In this document: piece by piece, positions 1 through 11,471 of the stretch
How the letters are laid out: every line of letters starts with the position of its first letter
Position numbering within the stretch: the stretch's first letter is position 1
Source of the DNA: Cetorhinus maximus
Lineage: Eukaryota
NCBI RefSeq assembly: GCF_964194155.1
Contig: NC_135886.1
Span: 81,902,001-81,966,000 of the forward strand
Reading direction: 5' to 3'
DNA: 64,000 nucleotides
Program-made: the position numbers and the translations under genes
The notes under the pieces: generated by a model
Databases searched by the model: none
The model's input: the letters and a program-made list of their open reading frames with translations, nothing else
Told to the model about the DNA's origin: nothing

Positions 1-2000
1 CTATCCTGTTTGTTAACTCCTCAAAAGAATTTTAATAAAATTGTTAGGCATGATTTCACCTTCATGAAACTATGCTGACTCTGCTTGGTTAGATTATGTA
101 TTTCTAAATAGCGCTGCTATTAGATCCTTTATAATAGATTCCCACATTTTCCCAATGACAGATGTTAAGCTAACTGGCCTATAGTTGCCTGTTTTTTGTC
201 TCCCTCCCTTTTTGAATAAGGGTGTTACATTGGCCGTTCTCCAATCCGCTGGGACTTTTCCAGAATCTAAAGATTCTTGGAAGATTACTACCAGTGCATC
301 CATTATCTCTGTAGCTACTTCCTTTAATATCCTATTCCATCAACCCATCAAGTCCAGGGGACTTATCGGTCTTTAGCCGCATTAGTTTCCCTAGTACTTT
401 TTCTCTGGTGATAGTTATTGTACTTATTTCCTCCGCACTTTTTGCCCCTTGATTATTTAGTATTTTTGGAATGATATTAGTGTCTTCTACCGTGAAGACT
501 GAAGCAAAGTATTTATTCAACCCCTCTGAATTTCCTGGCTCCCCATTATTATTTCCCCAGCCTCAATTGGGAGATGCGATGGTGTAGTGGTATTGTCCCT
601 GGACTGGTAATCCAGAGACCCAGGGTAATGCTCTGGGGACCCAGGTTCAAATCCCACCACAGCAGATGGGGGAAATTTTGACTACAATAAAAAATCTGGA
701 CTTAAAAGTCTAATGATGACCATGAAACGATTGTCATAAAAACCCATCTAATGTCATCTGCCACTAAAGATGGCAGATTTCCTTCCTTTAGGGTCTGGCC
801 TACATGTGACTCCAGGCCCCCAGCAATGTGATTGACTCTTAAATGCCCTCTGAACAAGGGCAATTAGAGATGGGCAATTAGAGATGGGCAATAAATGCTG
901 GCCTAGCCAGCGACACCCACATCCCATGAATGAATTTTTTAAAAATCCTCTTTAAGAAGAATTATATGTTTAAAGAAGCTCTTATTGTCCATTTTTATAT
1001 TACTTACTAATTTATCCTCAGTTTATTTTCTCCTATTTTTTTTTTGGTCATCTTCTGTTGGTTTTTAAAACTTTCCCAATCCTCTGGCTTACCAGCCACA
1101 TTGTATGTTTTTTCTTTTATTTTGATACTGTCCGTAACTTCCTTGGTTAACCATAGTTGGTTTATCCCCTTCCTTGAATCCTTCTTCCTCACTGTGATAC
1201 ATCTTTGTTGAGAGTCATGAACTATTTTCTTAAACGTCTGCCAAAAACCATCTTTGCTGCTAAACTCCTTTCCCAGTCCACTCCAGCCAACTCTGCCCTC
1301 CTTCCATTGTAATTAACCCTTATATAAGTTTAGCACAGTTGTTTCTGACCCAAGTTTCTCACACTCAAACTGAATGCTAAATTCTACCATATTATGGTCA
1401 CTGTTTCCTAGGGGAATCCTTTACTCTGGGATCATTTATTAAAACTGCCTCATTACACATTACCAGATACAAAATAGCTTGATCCCTGGTTGGATTTACA
1501 ACATATTGTTCTAAGAAACTGTCCCGAATACACTCTATGAATTCTTGCTCGTGTCTACCTCTTCCAATTTGATTTTCCCAATCTACATGAAGATTAAAGT
1601 CATCCATGATTAACGTACTGCCTTTTTTACATGCCCTCATTATATCCTGATTTAATCTCAGTCCTACGGTACTGCTACTGTCATGGGGCCTATAGACTAC
1701 TCCCACCAGTGTCTTCTTCCCCTTGTTATTTCTTACCTCCACCCATATGGATTCTACATCTTCCGATCCAAGATCCTTTCTTGCTATCGTACTTATTCCA
1801 TCTTGTATTAACAAAGCTGCCCCACCATCCTTTCCTTCCTGCCTGTCCTTTTGAAAAGTCACATACCCCTGAATATTTAGTTCCCAGCTTTGATTTCCTT
1901 GTAACCATGTCTCCATAATGGCTATAAGATCATACCCATTAACCTCTATTTGTGCCGTTAGCCCATTTATTTTGTTCTGAATGCTACGTGCATTTAAGTA
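1..2000 (-). mobile_element. CR1-clade LINE ORF2 fragment (APE endonuclease to start of RT), decayed, split by a SINE, runs off the window edge
   Basis: ORF 1398-2030 has YLNARSI..YDLIAIMETWL..GVVYRP..DFN (APE domain). ORFs 332-520 (NKYFASVFT..KSPGLDG) and 94-303 (PADWRTANVTPLFKKG..NYRPVSLTS) are typical CR1 ORF2. Confidence 0.92.
569..945 (+). mobile_element. tRNA-derived SINE inserted in the CR1
   Basis: A box TGGTGTAGTGG 580-590 and B box GGTTCAAATCC 644-654. Body and 3' tail (caagggcaattag..cacatcccatgaatgaa) are shared with copies at 19.0 and 36.1 kb. Confidence 0.88.
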
Positions 2001-2326
2001 AGTATGGAACCAACTTATTAACCCCTGCAATTGGACAATCCATGTGAAAACTTAACCAAAACAGGAAATGGTAGTGGGAACTGAGCTGTACACAAGAATC
2101 TTCACAAACACAATTGAATTGACTTGTACTCAATTTATCAGTTTCTTTTACAACCCAAATATTCACAAGTAGGCATTGAAATCCTACATAAATGTGGCAC
2201 AGTGTATGTTAGAAGGCAGAATACACTTTTCATAAAAATGCAAAATCCAAATGTTCATCGCTGAAGGATTTAGCTTTGCAACAGACAAGAAGCAGGCTGA
2301 CTGGCGTGTCATGAATTCATACTCAC

Positions 2327-2496
2327 TCTTGAGCTCTTCCTTATTCTTCTCACTAGCAGCATTGTCCACACGCAGCGCTCTTCCGTTAAATTCCCTCCCA
2401 TTGAGATTGCGCATGGCACTGAGTGCAGTCTCCTGATCCTGGTACTCACAGAAGCCATATCCTTTGGGTTTACCAGTTTCTCTGTCATACACAAGC
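2327..2496 (-). CDS. CSTF2: Cleavage stimulation factor subunit 2 (CstF-64), coding exon 3
   Basis: [56 protein letters not shown] (RRM, RNP1 KGYGFCEY). Acceptor ttgtag, donor gtgagt, 170 nt, in phase with exon 2. Confidence 0.97.
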
Positions 2497-2939
2497 CTAC
2501 AATGAGAGATAACAAAATTAACAGGTGGCCTACGAGCTATTACACCAAGATTTAATCAGGAAAAATATGGACAAATGGAGATGATCCTTTATCATGGGTT
2601 TTGAAGAATATCACAAGGCATCTCCATCAAGTTCAAGTCCAAAGCATAAGATTTGGAATCTGACCTATTATCCTTTATATTGTAAAACAAATAAATCATG
2701 CAGGGATGACATATACTTTGCTTATTATACTTTGAAGCATAATCAACCTTTAATTATATAAATTGAAAGATTTGAAAAGTTGGTTCCACACTGACAACTG
2801 ATGAAACAAAAAAGACATTTAGAATTGTTTGGTCCCTATTTTTCTTAAATCCACCTCCCCTAAACACAAAGAGCATGATTTTCCCTGTGAATTTTCCCTC
2901 CTCAGTTGAAGCTGTTTTCAAAATTGTAACCAAACAAAT

Positions 2940-3135
2940 GAGTACAGTAGTACAGTGGTTGTGATATTGGACAAATAACCTAACATTCACAAGTTCAAAT
3001 CCCAGCATGTCAATTTGTGAAACTGAGTTCAATAAATTTGGTAATTATGGACTGGCTCTGATAGAAATTATCACAAAAGCTATCAACTGGTGTAAAAATC
3101 CATATGCTCTAGTAATGTGTTTCAGGAAGGGGAGA
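2940..3135 (+). mobile_element. Old, diverged tRNA-derived SINE fragment
   Basis: Degenerate A/B boxes (agtacagtgg / agttcaaatcc). Body resembles the 569-945 SINE. Confidence 0.5.
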
Positions 3136-3139
3136 GAGA

Positions 3140-3462
3140 AATGTTTTACAAGTGCAGTTACTTACGTAGGTAAACAATTTGCACAAAGCAAAGTCCCATA
3201 AACATTAAATGAGATGAGTGATCAGTCAATATTTTAGACAATGCCGATTGAAAAATAAATGTTGGCCCGAAAATCGAAAAACACCCTTGCTTTTTAAGAA
3301 ATCCTATGGGATCATTTATAGCCACCTCAACAGTGGACAGGGCTTTTCTTTAACTCTCACCTGAAAGATGCAGCACTCCCTCCATTAAACAATCAACTTA
3401 GGTCATGTGCTCTATTCCACAACTTTCTCAGGGGAGAATGCTATCACCGAGCCAAGCTGAGA
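3140..3462 (-). mobile_element. DeuSINE-like SINE remnant
   Basis: Reverse complement resembles 52580-52980 and 56340-56700 (tcagcttggctc head, gagggagtgctgc, gatcccatag). Confidence 0.5.
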
Positions 3463-5116
3463 ACTAACAAATCTTTCTTTCAAGTATTACCTATTTTGTG
3501 ATGCATTTCATATTCCCTAAGCAGCCAACACTTATTACACATTACTGTTTCTTTTCTGGGAACTATCAAATGAATCCCTCATGCCAAGCAAACCTTGTGT
3601 TTGTTATTTTTTTCATTAGCTTTTCTGCAATAAAACTTTGCTATTCATTTTGTCACTGTACATCTTGGTCACATGTTACACACTCCACTTCAGAAAATTT
3701 AATAGCTTGAGAGGTATGTTAATGAATGTCTGCTTATCTTGAGAATTGCAATTAATTTTTTTAATGTAGCTGAGGTTCATCAGTTGCATTTGCCTACTGA
3801 AAAGTTCCCATTAGTCAAATTGCTCAGGACAGCTTGTAAGACTTTTCATTTTAAATCTGATTTAAATATCTTGTAAACATAAACAATCCAACTACACTGT
3901 TTCGATAAAACAGATTTTTCTGTGTTTCTGCATAAAAGCTACAAATGTGAAGCGCGATCTCTCTTTCGGCTATCAGAATTGCAGGACTCCAGGTTCCAAT
4001 AGGTCTCCATTAAGACCAAAGGTGTCAGACAAAGTAAATATGTGAATGATCATGTGATGCTTGGCCACGTTTTTAGAAGTTGAAATAACTTCAGTGAAAC
4101 AATTGTGTATCTCTTGGTAAAATTTCAAAATAAGATTATGGGTGTAATTTTACATGTCTGTGCTATTGTTGGAAGCCTTTCTCTCCAGCAGTGTATATGG
4201 GAAATTGCTTCTCACAACTTACCAGCCATTATTGTTGGCAGCGTGGACTTATACAGTTATTCTTGTTGTACATGGATGCAGTTTTAGATATCCTGCCAGA
4301 GTTGAGCACTACAAGTGAATCCCTCAGTTAGACATATCTTTTGATAAAGAACTAAAACAGTGTGGCTTAACTTTGAACCACTATAACTTAATAACTTGCC
4401 ACTTCCATTATTTGCTATTTGTAGGACCATGCTATGTTTAAATTGGCTGAGGCATTGGCCTATGTAACAGCGACTACATTTTATGAGCGTTGAAGCACTT
4501 TGCAATTTCCTGAGTATGTGAAAGTGCTGTATAAATTGAAGTTATTTCTTATTGTAGTATTGCAAAGGCATCAGAGAGAAGATTTTTGATTAATAAAATA
4601 GTTCCAATCAAAGGCAACAAAGCATCTTGTGACATGAATAATTGTACCCCAAAATGGTCATGCCCATGATCCCTTATCTAAGTGATTAGATCTCCATAAT
4701 TTAAGGGCAAAAATTGCTTAGGTACTTTAACATAAGAAGTTTGTTCTATTCCAGGATGCTCTCACTGTCTGCTTCAGCACTTTAAGAGATCTGGGAATCT
4801 GCTCTATCTGTACCAATTGATTTACAACTTGGTGACTTCTGTAATTTCATCGGCTGTAAAAAGCTGAGATGTCTGGTGCTAGTGAAAAGCATTATACAAA
4901 TGCAAGTCTTTTTTCTTTATTTAAGGTTAAACGTGGATTTTTTTTTACTGGAAGAAGGCAGGTTAATTGATCTCAAAAGTAAAACCACCACTGGAAGGAG
5001 TCCTGAGAACAAGACACATTTTTGGGGATTTTAGACCTTCCAAACTAGTGCATGTAAAAGTGCACTGTGCAAGATGTGACAGCAGCCGACTTTACATTGT
5101 CACATGAGGAAGATAC

Positions 5117-5195
5117 CTGAAACTCAACACTGGACCAACTTCAGAGAAAATATCCTTCAACTGTTCTTCTGTAGCTTCATATGGAATATTTCCAA
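5117..5195 (-). CDS. CSTF2: CstF-64 coding exon 2
   Basis: (V)[25 protein letters not shown](R). Acceptor ttttctcatttgcag, donor gtatct, 79 nt. Not in the ORF track; translated by hand. Confidence 0.96.
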
Positions 5196-6179
5196 CTGCA
5201 AATGAGAAAAGGCATAATACAGCGAGAATTTCAAACCAATTCAGAAATCAATAATCACTTTTAATTTCACTTTATAACCAGTTCTTATTTGAATTTCGTG
5301 CTCTACAGAAATGCTAAGATTTCTTCAGCTGATGTTTACACTGTAACTAAAGCAAGTACTTGAAAATCATGAGTGGCAGCAAAAGCATCTCTCAAGACTG
5401 ATCAGCTCCAAAAACCTCATGATTGAATTCCAAAACAGTAGGACATGGATCGTGAACTTACATACAAACTCTCCTAAATCAAAATACATTTTCCACATCA
5501 AAGAGAATCTTAGCTCCCTTGATGAGACAAGTGTGAAGGCACCAAGCAGCCAGGACTATAGAATTTAGGAAGATCAATCTGTGATCTATACTCAGCTACC
5601 TTTTTGGTCAGGGCAGTATAGGAATGCTAAATGACCTCAGTATTTTTAAGTTAGGGGATAACTGGTTAGCGTTTTCTTTCCTGATTGTTCTCTGACAATC
5701 AATGCAGGAAGTGTACACATAAGACTGGCGGGCGAAGACAGGATCTACTTGGTAATAAGGTCCATTTATCCATTCATTCCCCAGACGGACCAGAACTGAA
5801 AACTTAAGCTGTCTTTTCCCTCTGCAAATGCGAACGAACCTACTGCATATTTTCAACAGTTCCAGTTCTTTGTTTTTACTAAACTTTTTGATCACCTAAA
5901 AAGCACCTGGATCCATATACTGGGGTCAGGGGGCTACCCGCTTTGATGGGATAGAACCAGTACCGCTAAGCCCGTATTTCTTTGCGAAATGTACAAACAC
6001 TGTATTTCTTTACCCACATTCAGACTGACCATGGTTCCCAAGCAGCTCCTCTGCAGCTGCCCTCAGACCCGCTCTCCAACTAAACATGCAGCATGACGGC
6101 CGCTCTCTCCCTAACCCTCCTCCAACAGCCCATGATCCGCCCTGACATCTCCAACCATCCCCGAACTTGCCCAGGACCC

Positions 6180-6380
6180 ACTAGCGGGGAGAAGTTCCCC
6201 TCCCTTCCTCCCCCACAGACCCTTACCGAACACGGAGCGCAGCGAGCGATCAATCGCCGGGTCCCGCACCAAACTCGCCATAACTACCGCGCCGCCACCA
6301 CTTCCGGCGGCAGACCGGAAACCAGCCCGATAACCAATCCGCCTGTGCCCGTGCTCAGAGTTCCGCTCGACACTGGGTCA
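6180..6380. promoter_or_regulatory. CpG-rich bidirectional promoter for CSTF2 and TRMT12
   Basis: Local CpG enrichment. Opposed ETS-type motifs CACTTCCGG (6299-6307) and ACCGGAAA (6314-6321), plus CCAAT 6334-6338. The two genes diverge from here. Confidence 0.7.
6227..6281 (-). CDS. CSTF2: CstF-64 coding exon 1 (start codon)
   Basis: ATG at 6281-6279 gives MASLVRDPAIDRSLRSVF, followed by donor gtaagg. Matches the CSTF2 N-terminus. Confidence 0.96.
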
Positions 6381-6540
6381 CATCTCTGGATCTCTTATTA
6401 GTTCATGAAAGAAAAATCGATTCAAGATAAACAACAGTGACGGAAATGAGGTGCAAGTGACCTAAATTTGAAAATACATGCTGTTAAAATCAGGATGAAG
6501 TTTTCCGACTTTGATTGGGAGAAGAGGAATCCTCTTCAGA
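6330..6540 (+). other. TRMT12: Candidate non-coding first exon of TRMT12
   Basis: The ATG-containing exon has an acceptor at 11393, so an upstream exon is required. Best nearby donor is AGA|GTAAGA at 6541. Start position is a guess. Confidence 0.4.
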
Positions 6541-6568
6541 GTAAGAAGTAAAGTCTGGACCTGGAGAG

Positions 6569-6821
6569 AATGAACAGCAGTTTAAACAGGCCTGGGCTGT
6601 AATGAACAGCAGATTACGCAGGCCTGGGCTGTAATGAACAGCAGATTACGCAGGCCTGGGCTGTAATGAACAGCAGATTACGCAGGCCTGGGCTGTAATG
6701 AACAGCAGATTACGCAGGCCTGGGCTGTATTGAACAGCAGATTATGCAGGCCTGGGCTGTATTGAACAGCAGATTACGCAGGCCTGGGCTGTAATGAACA
6801 GATTACACAGGCCTGGGCTGT
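6569..6821. repeat. 32-bp minisatellite, 8 copies (last 29 bp)
   Basis: Unit aatgaacagcagattacgcaggcctgggctgt repeated head-to-tail with no spacers. Confidence 0.97.
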
Positions 6822-6879
6822 GATGTTAGTCACTGGTGGAATAAACTTTGTGTACCCCTGCTCCATTTTTGCTCAACTT

Positions 6880-8645
6880 TTTCATTCTTTCATGGGTTGT
6901 GGACATCACTGGCTAGACCAGCACTTATTGGCCATCCCTAATTGCCCTTGAGAAGGTGGTGGTGAGCTGTCTTCTTGAACCAGTCCATGTGGTGTAGGCA
7001 CACCCACAGTGCTGCTAGGGAGGGAGTTCCAGGATTTTGACCCAGTGACAGTGAAGGAACGGCAATATATTTCCAAGTCAGGATGGTGAGTGGCTTGGAG
7101 GGGATCTTCTAGGTGGTGATGTTCCCATGTGTCTGCTGCCTTTGTCCTCCTAGATGGTAGTGGTTGTGGGTTTGGAAGGTGCTGTCTAAGAAGGCTTGGT
7201 GAGATCCTGCAATACATCTTGTAGATGGTACACACTACTGCCACTGTGCATCGGTGGTGGAGGGAGTGAATGTTTGTTGATGGCGTTGTTGCAACACCTT
7301 ACCTTTGCACTGATGTGCTGGGCTCCCCTATCATTGAAGATGGGAACATTTGTGGAGCCTCCTCCTCCAGTGAGTTGGCTAATTGTCCACCACTATTCAC
7401 AACTGGATGTGGCAGACTGCAGAGCTTAGATCTGATCCTTTGGTTGTGGAATCACTTAGCTCTGTCTATCGCTTGCTGCTTATGTTATTTTGCACACAAG
7501 TAGTCCTGTGTTGTAGCTTCACCAGGCTGACACTTTTTTAGGTATGCTTAGTCTTACTCCTGCAATCTTCATTGAACCAAGGTTGATCCCCTGATGGTAA
7601 TGGTAGAGTTGGAGATATGTTGGGCCATGAGGTTACAGATTGTGGTTGAGTAGAATTCTGCTGCTGCTGATGGCCCACAGCACCTCATGGGTGCCCAATG
7701 TTGAGTTGCTGGATCTATTCGAAATTTATCCCATTTAGCATGGTGGTAGTGCCACACAATACAATGGAGGGTATCCTTTATGTGAAGACAGGATTTCTTC
7801 TAGGTGCAGTGTCATGGACAGATACATCTGCGGCAGGCAGGTTGGTGAAGTATGTTTTTCCCTCTTGTTGGTTCACTCACCACCTGCCACAGATCCAGTC
7901 TAGCAGCTATGTCCTTTAGGGCTTGGACTGTAGTGGTGCTACAGAGCCACTCTTGGTGATGGACATTGAAGTCCCCCACCCAGAGTACAATCTGTGCCCT
8001 TGCCACCCTCAGAGGAGCACTGATTCATCAGCTGAAGGGGGGATGCAGCATGTGCTAATCAGCAGGAGGTTTCCTTGCCCATGTTTGACCTGATGCAATG
8101 AGACTTCATGAGGTCTGGAGTCAATGAGGACTCCCAGAGCAACTCCCTCCTGATCATATACCACTGTCCCATCACCTCTGTTGGATCTGTCCTGCCAATG
8201 TCACTAAGGTATGATTCCAAGAGCATGACTATGTCAGGCTATTGCTTGACTAGTCTTGTGAGACAGCTCTCCCAATTTTGGTACTAGCCCCACAGGAGGA
8301 CTTTGCAGGGTTGACAGGGCTGAGATTGCCATTGTCATTTCCAGTGCCTAGGTGATGCAAGGCTTCATTCCTCATAGTGGTTTGCTACAACTGAGTGGCT
8401 TGCTAGCCAAATTAACAGTCAACCATATTGCTGTGGATCTGGAGTCACATGTAGGCCAGACCAGGTAAGGACAGCAGATTTCCTTCCCTAAAGGGAATTA
8501 TATGGGTTCATGGTCATCATTAGATTTTTAATTCAGGTTTTTATTGAATTCAAATTTCACCATCTACCATGGTGGGGTTTGAACCCTGGTCCCCAGAGTA
8601 TTACCCTGGATCGCTGGTCCAGTTATAATACCACTATGCCAACCC
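6880..8645 (-). mobile_element. Internally deleted LINE (CR1/L2-group-like) with tRNA-like 5' head
   Basis: APE remnants (VLWVGDFNVHHQEWL 7812-8006, WHYHHAKWDKFR 7569-7757) and C-terminal SKSWNSLPSS (6906-7244). 5' ~240 bp and 3' ~70 bp match the SINE at 569-945. Confidence 0.85.
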
Positions 8646-8677
8646 CCTCTCCACTAATACTAGTTTGATAAATGTCC

Positions 8678-10050
8678 TGAACATACAAAACAGGCGCAGA
8701 AGTAGGCCATTCGGCCCCTCAAGCCTGCTCTGCCATTCGGTAAGATCGTGGCTGATCTGTTTGTTTCAAATTCCACATTCCCATCTACCCCCGATAATCT
8801 TTGATTCCCTTGCCTAACACTATCTAGCTCTGCCTCAAAAATATTCAATGACCCCGCATTCTGAGGCAGAGTTCCAAAGTCGCACAACCCTCAGAGAAAA
8901 AATTTCTCCTCATCTCTGTCCTAAAAGGGCAACCTCCAATTTTAAAACAGTGCCCCCTTGTTTTGGATTCACCCACAAGGGGAAACATTTTTTCCGCATC
9001 CACCTTGTCAATATCATTCCAGATCTTATAAACTTGAATCAAGACACCCCTCATTCTTCTAAACTCCAGTGGAAACAAGCCCAGTCTGCCAAACCTCTCC
9101 TCATAAGAAAACCTGCTAATTCCAGGTATCAATCTAGTAAACCTCCTCTGAACTGCCTCCAATATATTTACATCCTTCCTTAAATTAGGAGACCAAAACT
9201 GCATACAATCTTCGCGATGTGGTCTCATCTATGCCCTGTATAACTTTTATGTTCAATTCTTCTCGTAATAAAGGATAGCATTCCATTAGCCTTCTTAAAT
9301 ACTTGCTGTACCTGTATACTAACTTTTTGTGACTCCTGCACTAGAACACCTAGATCCCTCTGCACCTCGGAATTCTGCAGTTGTTCTCCATTTAAGTAAT
9401 ACTCTGCTTTTATATTCTTCCTGCCAAAGTGAACAACTTTACATTTTCCCACACTATACTCCATCTGCCAGATTTTTGCCCACTCACTCAACCTATCCAA
9501 ATCTGTCTGCAATCTCCTTATGTCCTCTTCGCAATATAGTTTCCGATCTATCTTTGTGTCATCTGCAAATTTAGCTATAATGCCTTCACTCGCCTCATCT
9601 AAGCCATTGATATAAATTGTAAAATGTTGAGGCCCCAGCACAGACCCCTCCGGGACTCCGCTCGTCACACCCTGCCAATCAGAAAAAGACCCATTTTTGC
9701 ATACTCTCTATTTTCTGCCAGCCAATCATCTATCCATGCCAATACATTACCCGCTACACCATGAGCTTTTATTTTCCACAATAATCTTTGATGTGACACC
9801 TTATCAAATGTCTTCCAGAAATCCAAGTACAGCACGTCTACAGGCTCCCCTTTATCCACAGCACATGCTACTCCTTCAAAGAACTCCAATAAATCGGATA
9901 AACATGATCTCCCTTTCACAAAGCCATTTGGACTCTTCCTGATTACCATGAGTTTCTCAAAATGCCCAGCTATAACCTCCATAATGATCGATTCTAACAT
10001 CTCCATGGCAGATATCAAGCTAACTGGCCTATTGTTTCCTGTTTTCTGCT
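8678..10050 (-). mobile_element. 5'-truncated CR1 LINE (RT domain and 3' UTR)
   Basis: DVLYLDFWKTFDKV, SGVPEGSVLGP, KFADDTK, RPH..QFWSP..LEAVQRRFTRLIPG across frameshifted ORFs. Confidence 0.93.
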
Positions 10051-10872
10051 TCTGAAATATGTTATTATGCTGAGAATATGGCAGTTCTTCATGCAAAAGC
10101 CTACTCCATTGATTGCCGCCCTCCTCAACTGACACCCACAGATATGTATTTTAAAATCGTCACCAAAGGAAGAAGTTGAATTTATATTGCACCTTTCTTA
10201 ATCTTGGAATGTCCCAGAGCATGTTGAGGCCAATTAATTACTTCTGAAATTTAAAAAAAAGCAGAAATTGCTGAAAATACTCAGCTGGTCAGGAAGCATT
10301 TGTAAAGAGAGAAAAACAGTTAACGTTTCAGATTCCCAGCATCTGCAATACTTTGCTTCTGTAATTTTGAAGCTCAATTAGAGTGGGGTGATTTATGTGC
10401 ATCAAGCATCTGTTTTAATAGTGTTGTGAGATATGTTTTTGACAGTACAATGGGAGAGTTGCCCTGTTAATAAGTTTTTTCACTTTCTAGTTGCTGTAGG
10501 AAGTTATGTATGTCACAAAAATGGATGTGTTGGCCCTGGAGCGTGGGGGCAGATCATGTGATAAAACCTTTAATCACCGTTTGCAACCTGAACACTGCTC
10601 CATGTTTTTAAATATACTTCTGACCTGTGTTGCTCTTTTTATTCTTAAAGTTCATTCCTAATATTTGCTTAATGTTGACAACTCTGATGATGAGAAAATA
10701 CAATGTACATAGTATATTTATTCCACAAGTGTCAAAGTATGCATTAGCATTCTCCAAACCACACCCAGAACCACTCATCCTCTTCCCTACATTGTTCCAA
10801 ATTTCCTTTTATTCTGGGGAGAAAACTGCATTTCTTCAATCACTGTTGGAACTAAAGTCCTGATGTTCAATG

Positions 10873-11178
10873 GAAATACTCAGCAGGTCTGGCAGAATCT
10901 GTGGAGAGGAGCACAGTTAACATTTCGAGTCTGAATGACCCTTCAACAGAACTAAGTAAAAATAGAAAAGAGGTGAAATATAAGCTGGTTTACGGGGGGT
11001 TGGGACAAGTGGCTTATATTTCACCTCTCTTCTATTTTTACTTAGTTCTGTTGAAGGGTCATATGGACTCGAAACGTTAACTGTGCTCCTCTCCGCAGAT
11101 GCTGCCAGACCTGCTGAGTTTTTCCAGGTATTTTTGTTTTTGTTTTGGATTTCCAGCATCCGCAGTTTTTTGCTTTTA
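10873..11178. mobile_element. Penelope-like element (family A) remnant: inverted pLTR pair with 15-bp TSD
   Basis: Arms ~10877-10985 and 11012-11122 are reverse complements. TSD tcctgatgttcaatg at 10858-10872 and 11179-11193. Same family as 45.1 and 59.1 kb. Confidence 0.8.
11044..11082 (+). ncRNA. Minimal type I hammerhead-like motif (variant core)
   Basis: AGTT-CTGTTGA-A-GGGTC(ATATG)GACTC-GAAA-CG-TT-AACT. Helix I AGTT/AACT, 5-bp helix II, palindromic ACGT helix III. Core has A6>U and an extra A. Confidence 0.55.
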
Positions 11179-11415
11179 TCCTGATGTTCAATGCTCTGCT
11201 TAAGAGATTTTTACTGGCAAGACCATTGTTGATTCTTGCATCTATAATTATGTATTTGCACAAGTATTTCATATAGTGCTTGACTGCATGCCTCTAGTCA
11301 GGACTTCTCTATTTGTCCCTCTCAACAATAGTTATCACTATTTGCTGCATTAGAGGTAACTGATTAGCTTATATTTGAACATGTTGTTTTCAGATATTAA
11401 GATAGAAGACTGAGA

Positions 11416-11471
11416 ATGCAGACTGAAGTTTCTGCAATTGTGACTCAGGCTCAGTTTGCACAACAATACAG
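11416..11471 (+). CDS. TRMT12: tRNA wybutosine-synthesizing protein 2 (TYW2), coding exon 1
   Basis: Acceptor gttttcag 11393, ATG 11416 gives MQTEVSAIVTQAQFAQQY(R), donor gtgagg. Phase 2 joins the next exon. Confidence 0.85.

Noticed and set aside
575-660. tRNA gene (also at ~8570-8640, 19015 and 36100)
   Set aside because: A/B boxes and an anticodon-like stem (CTGGA..TCCAG) are present, but there is no acceptor stem, the variable region is oversized, and each continues into a SINE/LINE body.
2184-2326. C-terminal part of ORF 2184-2492 as a short CSTF2 isoform
   Set aside because: Read-through past a consensus GTGAGT donor into the intron. Nothing in the sequence supports retention.
6569-6821. 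CRISPR-like array (32-bp repeats)
   Set aside because: Units are directly adjacent with no unique spacers, there are no cas genes, and the context is eukaryotic. It is a minisatellite.
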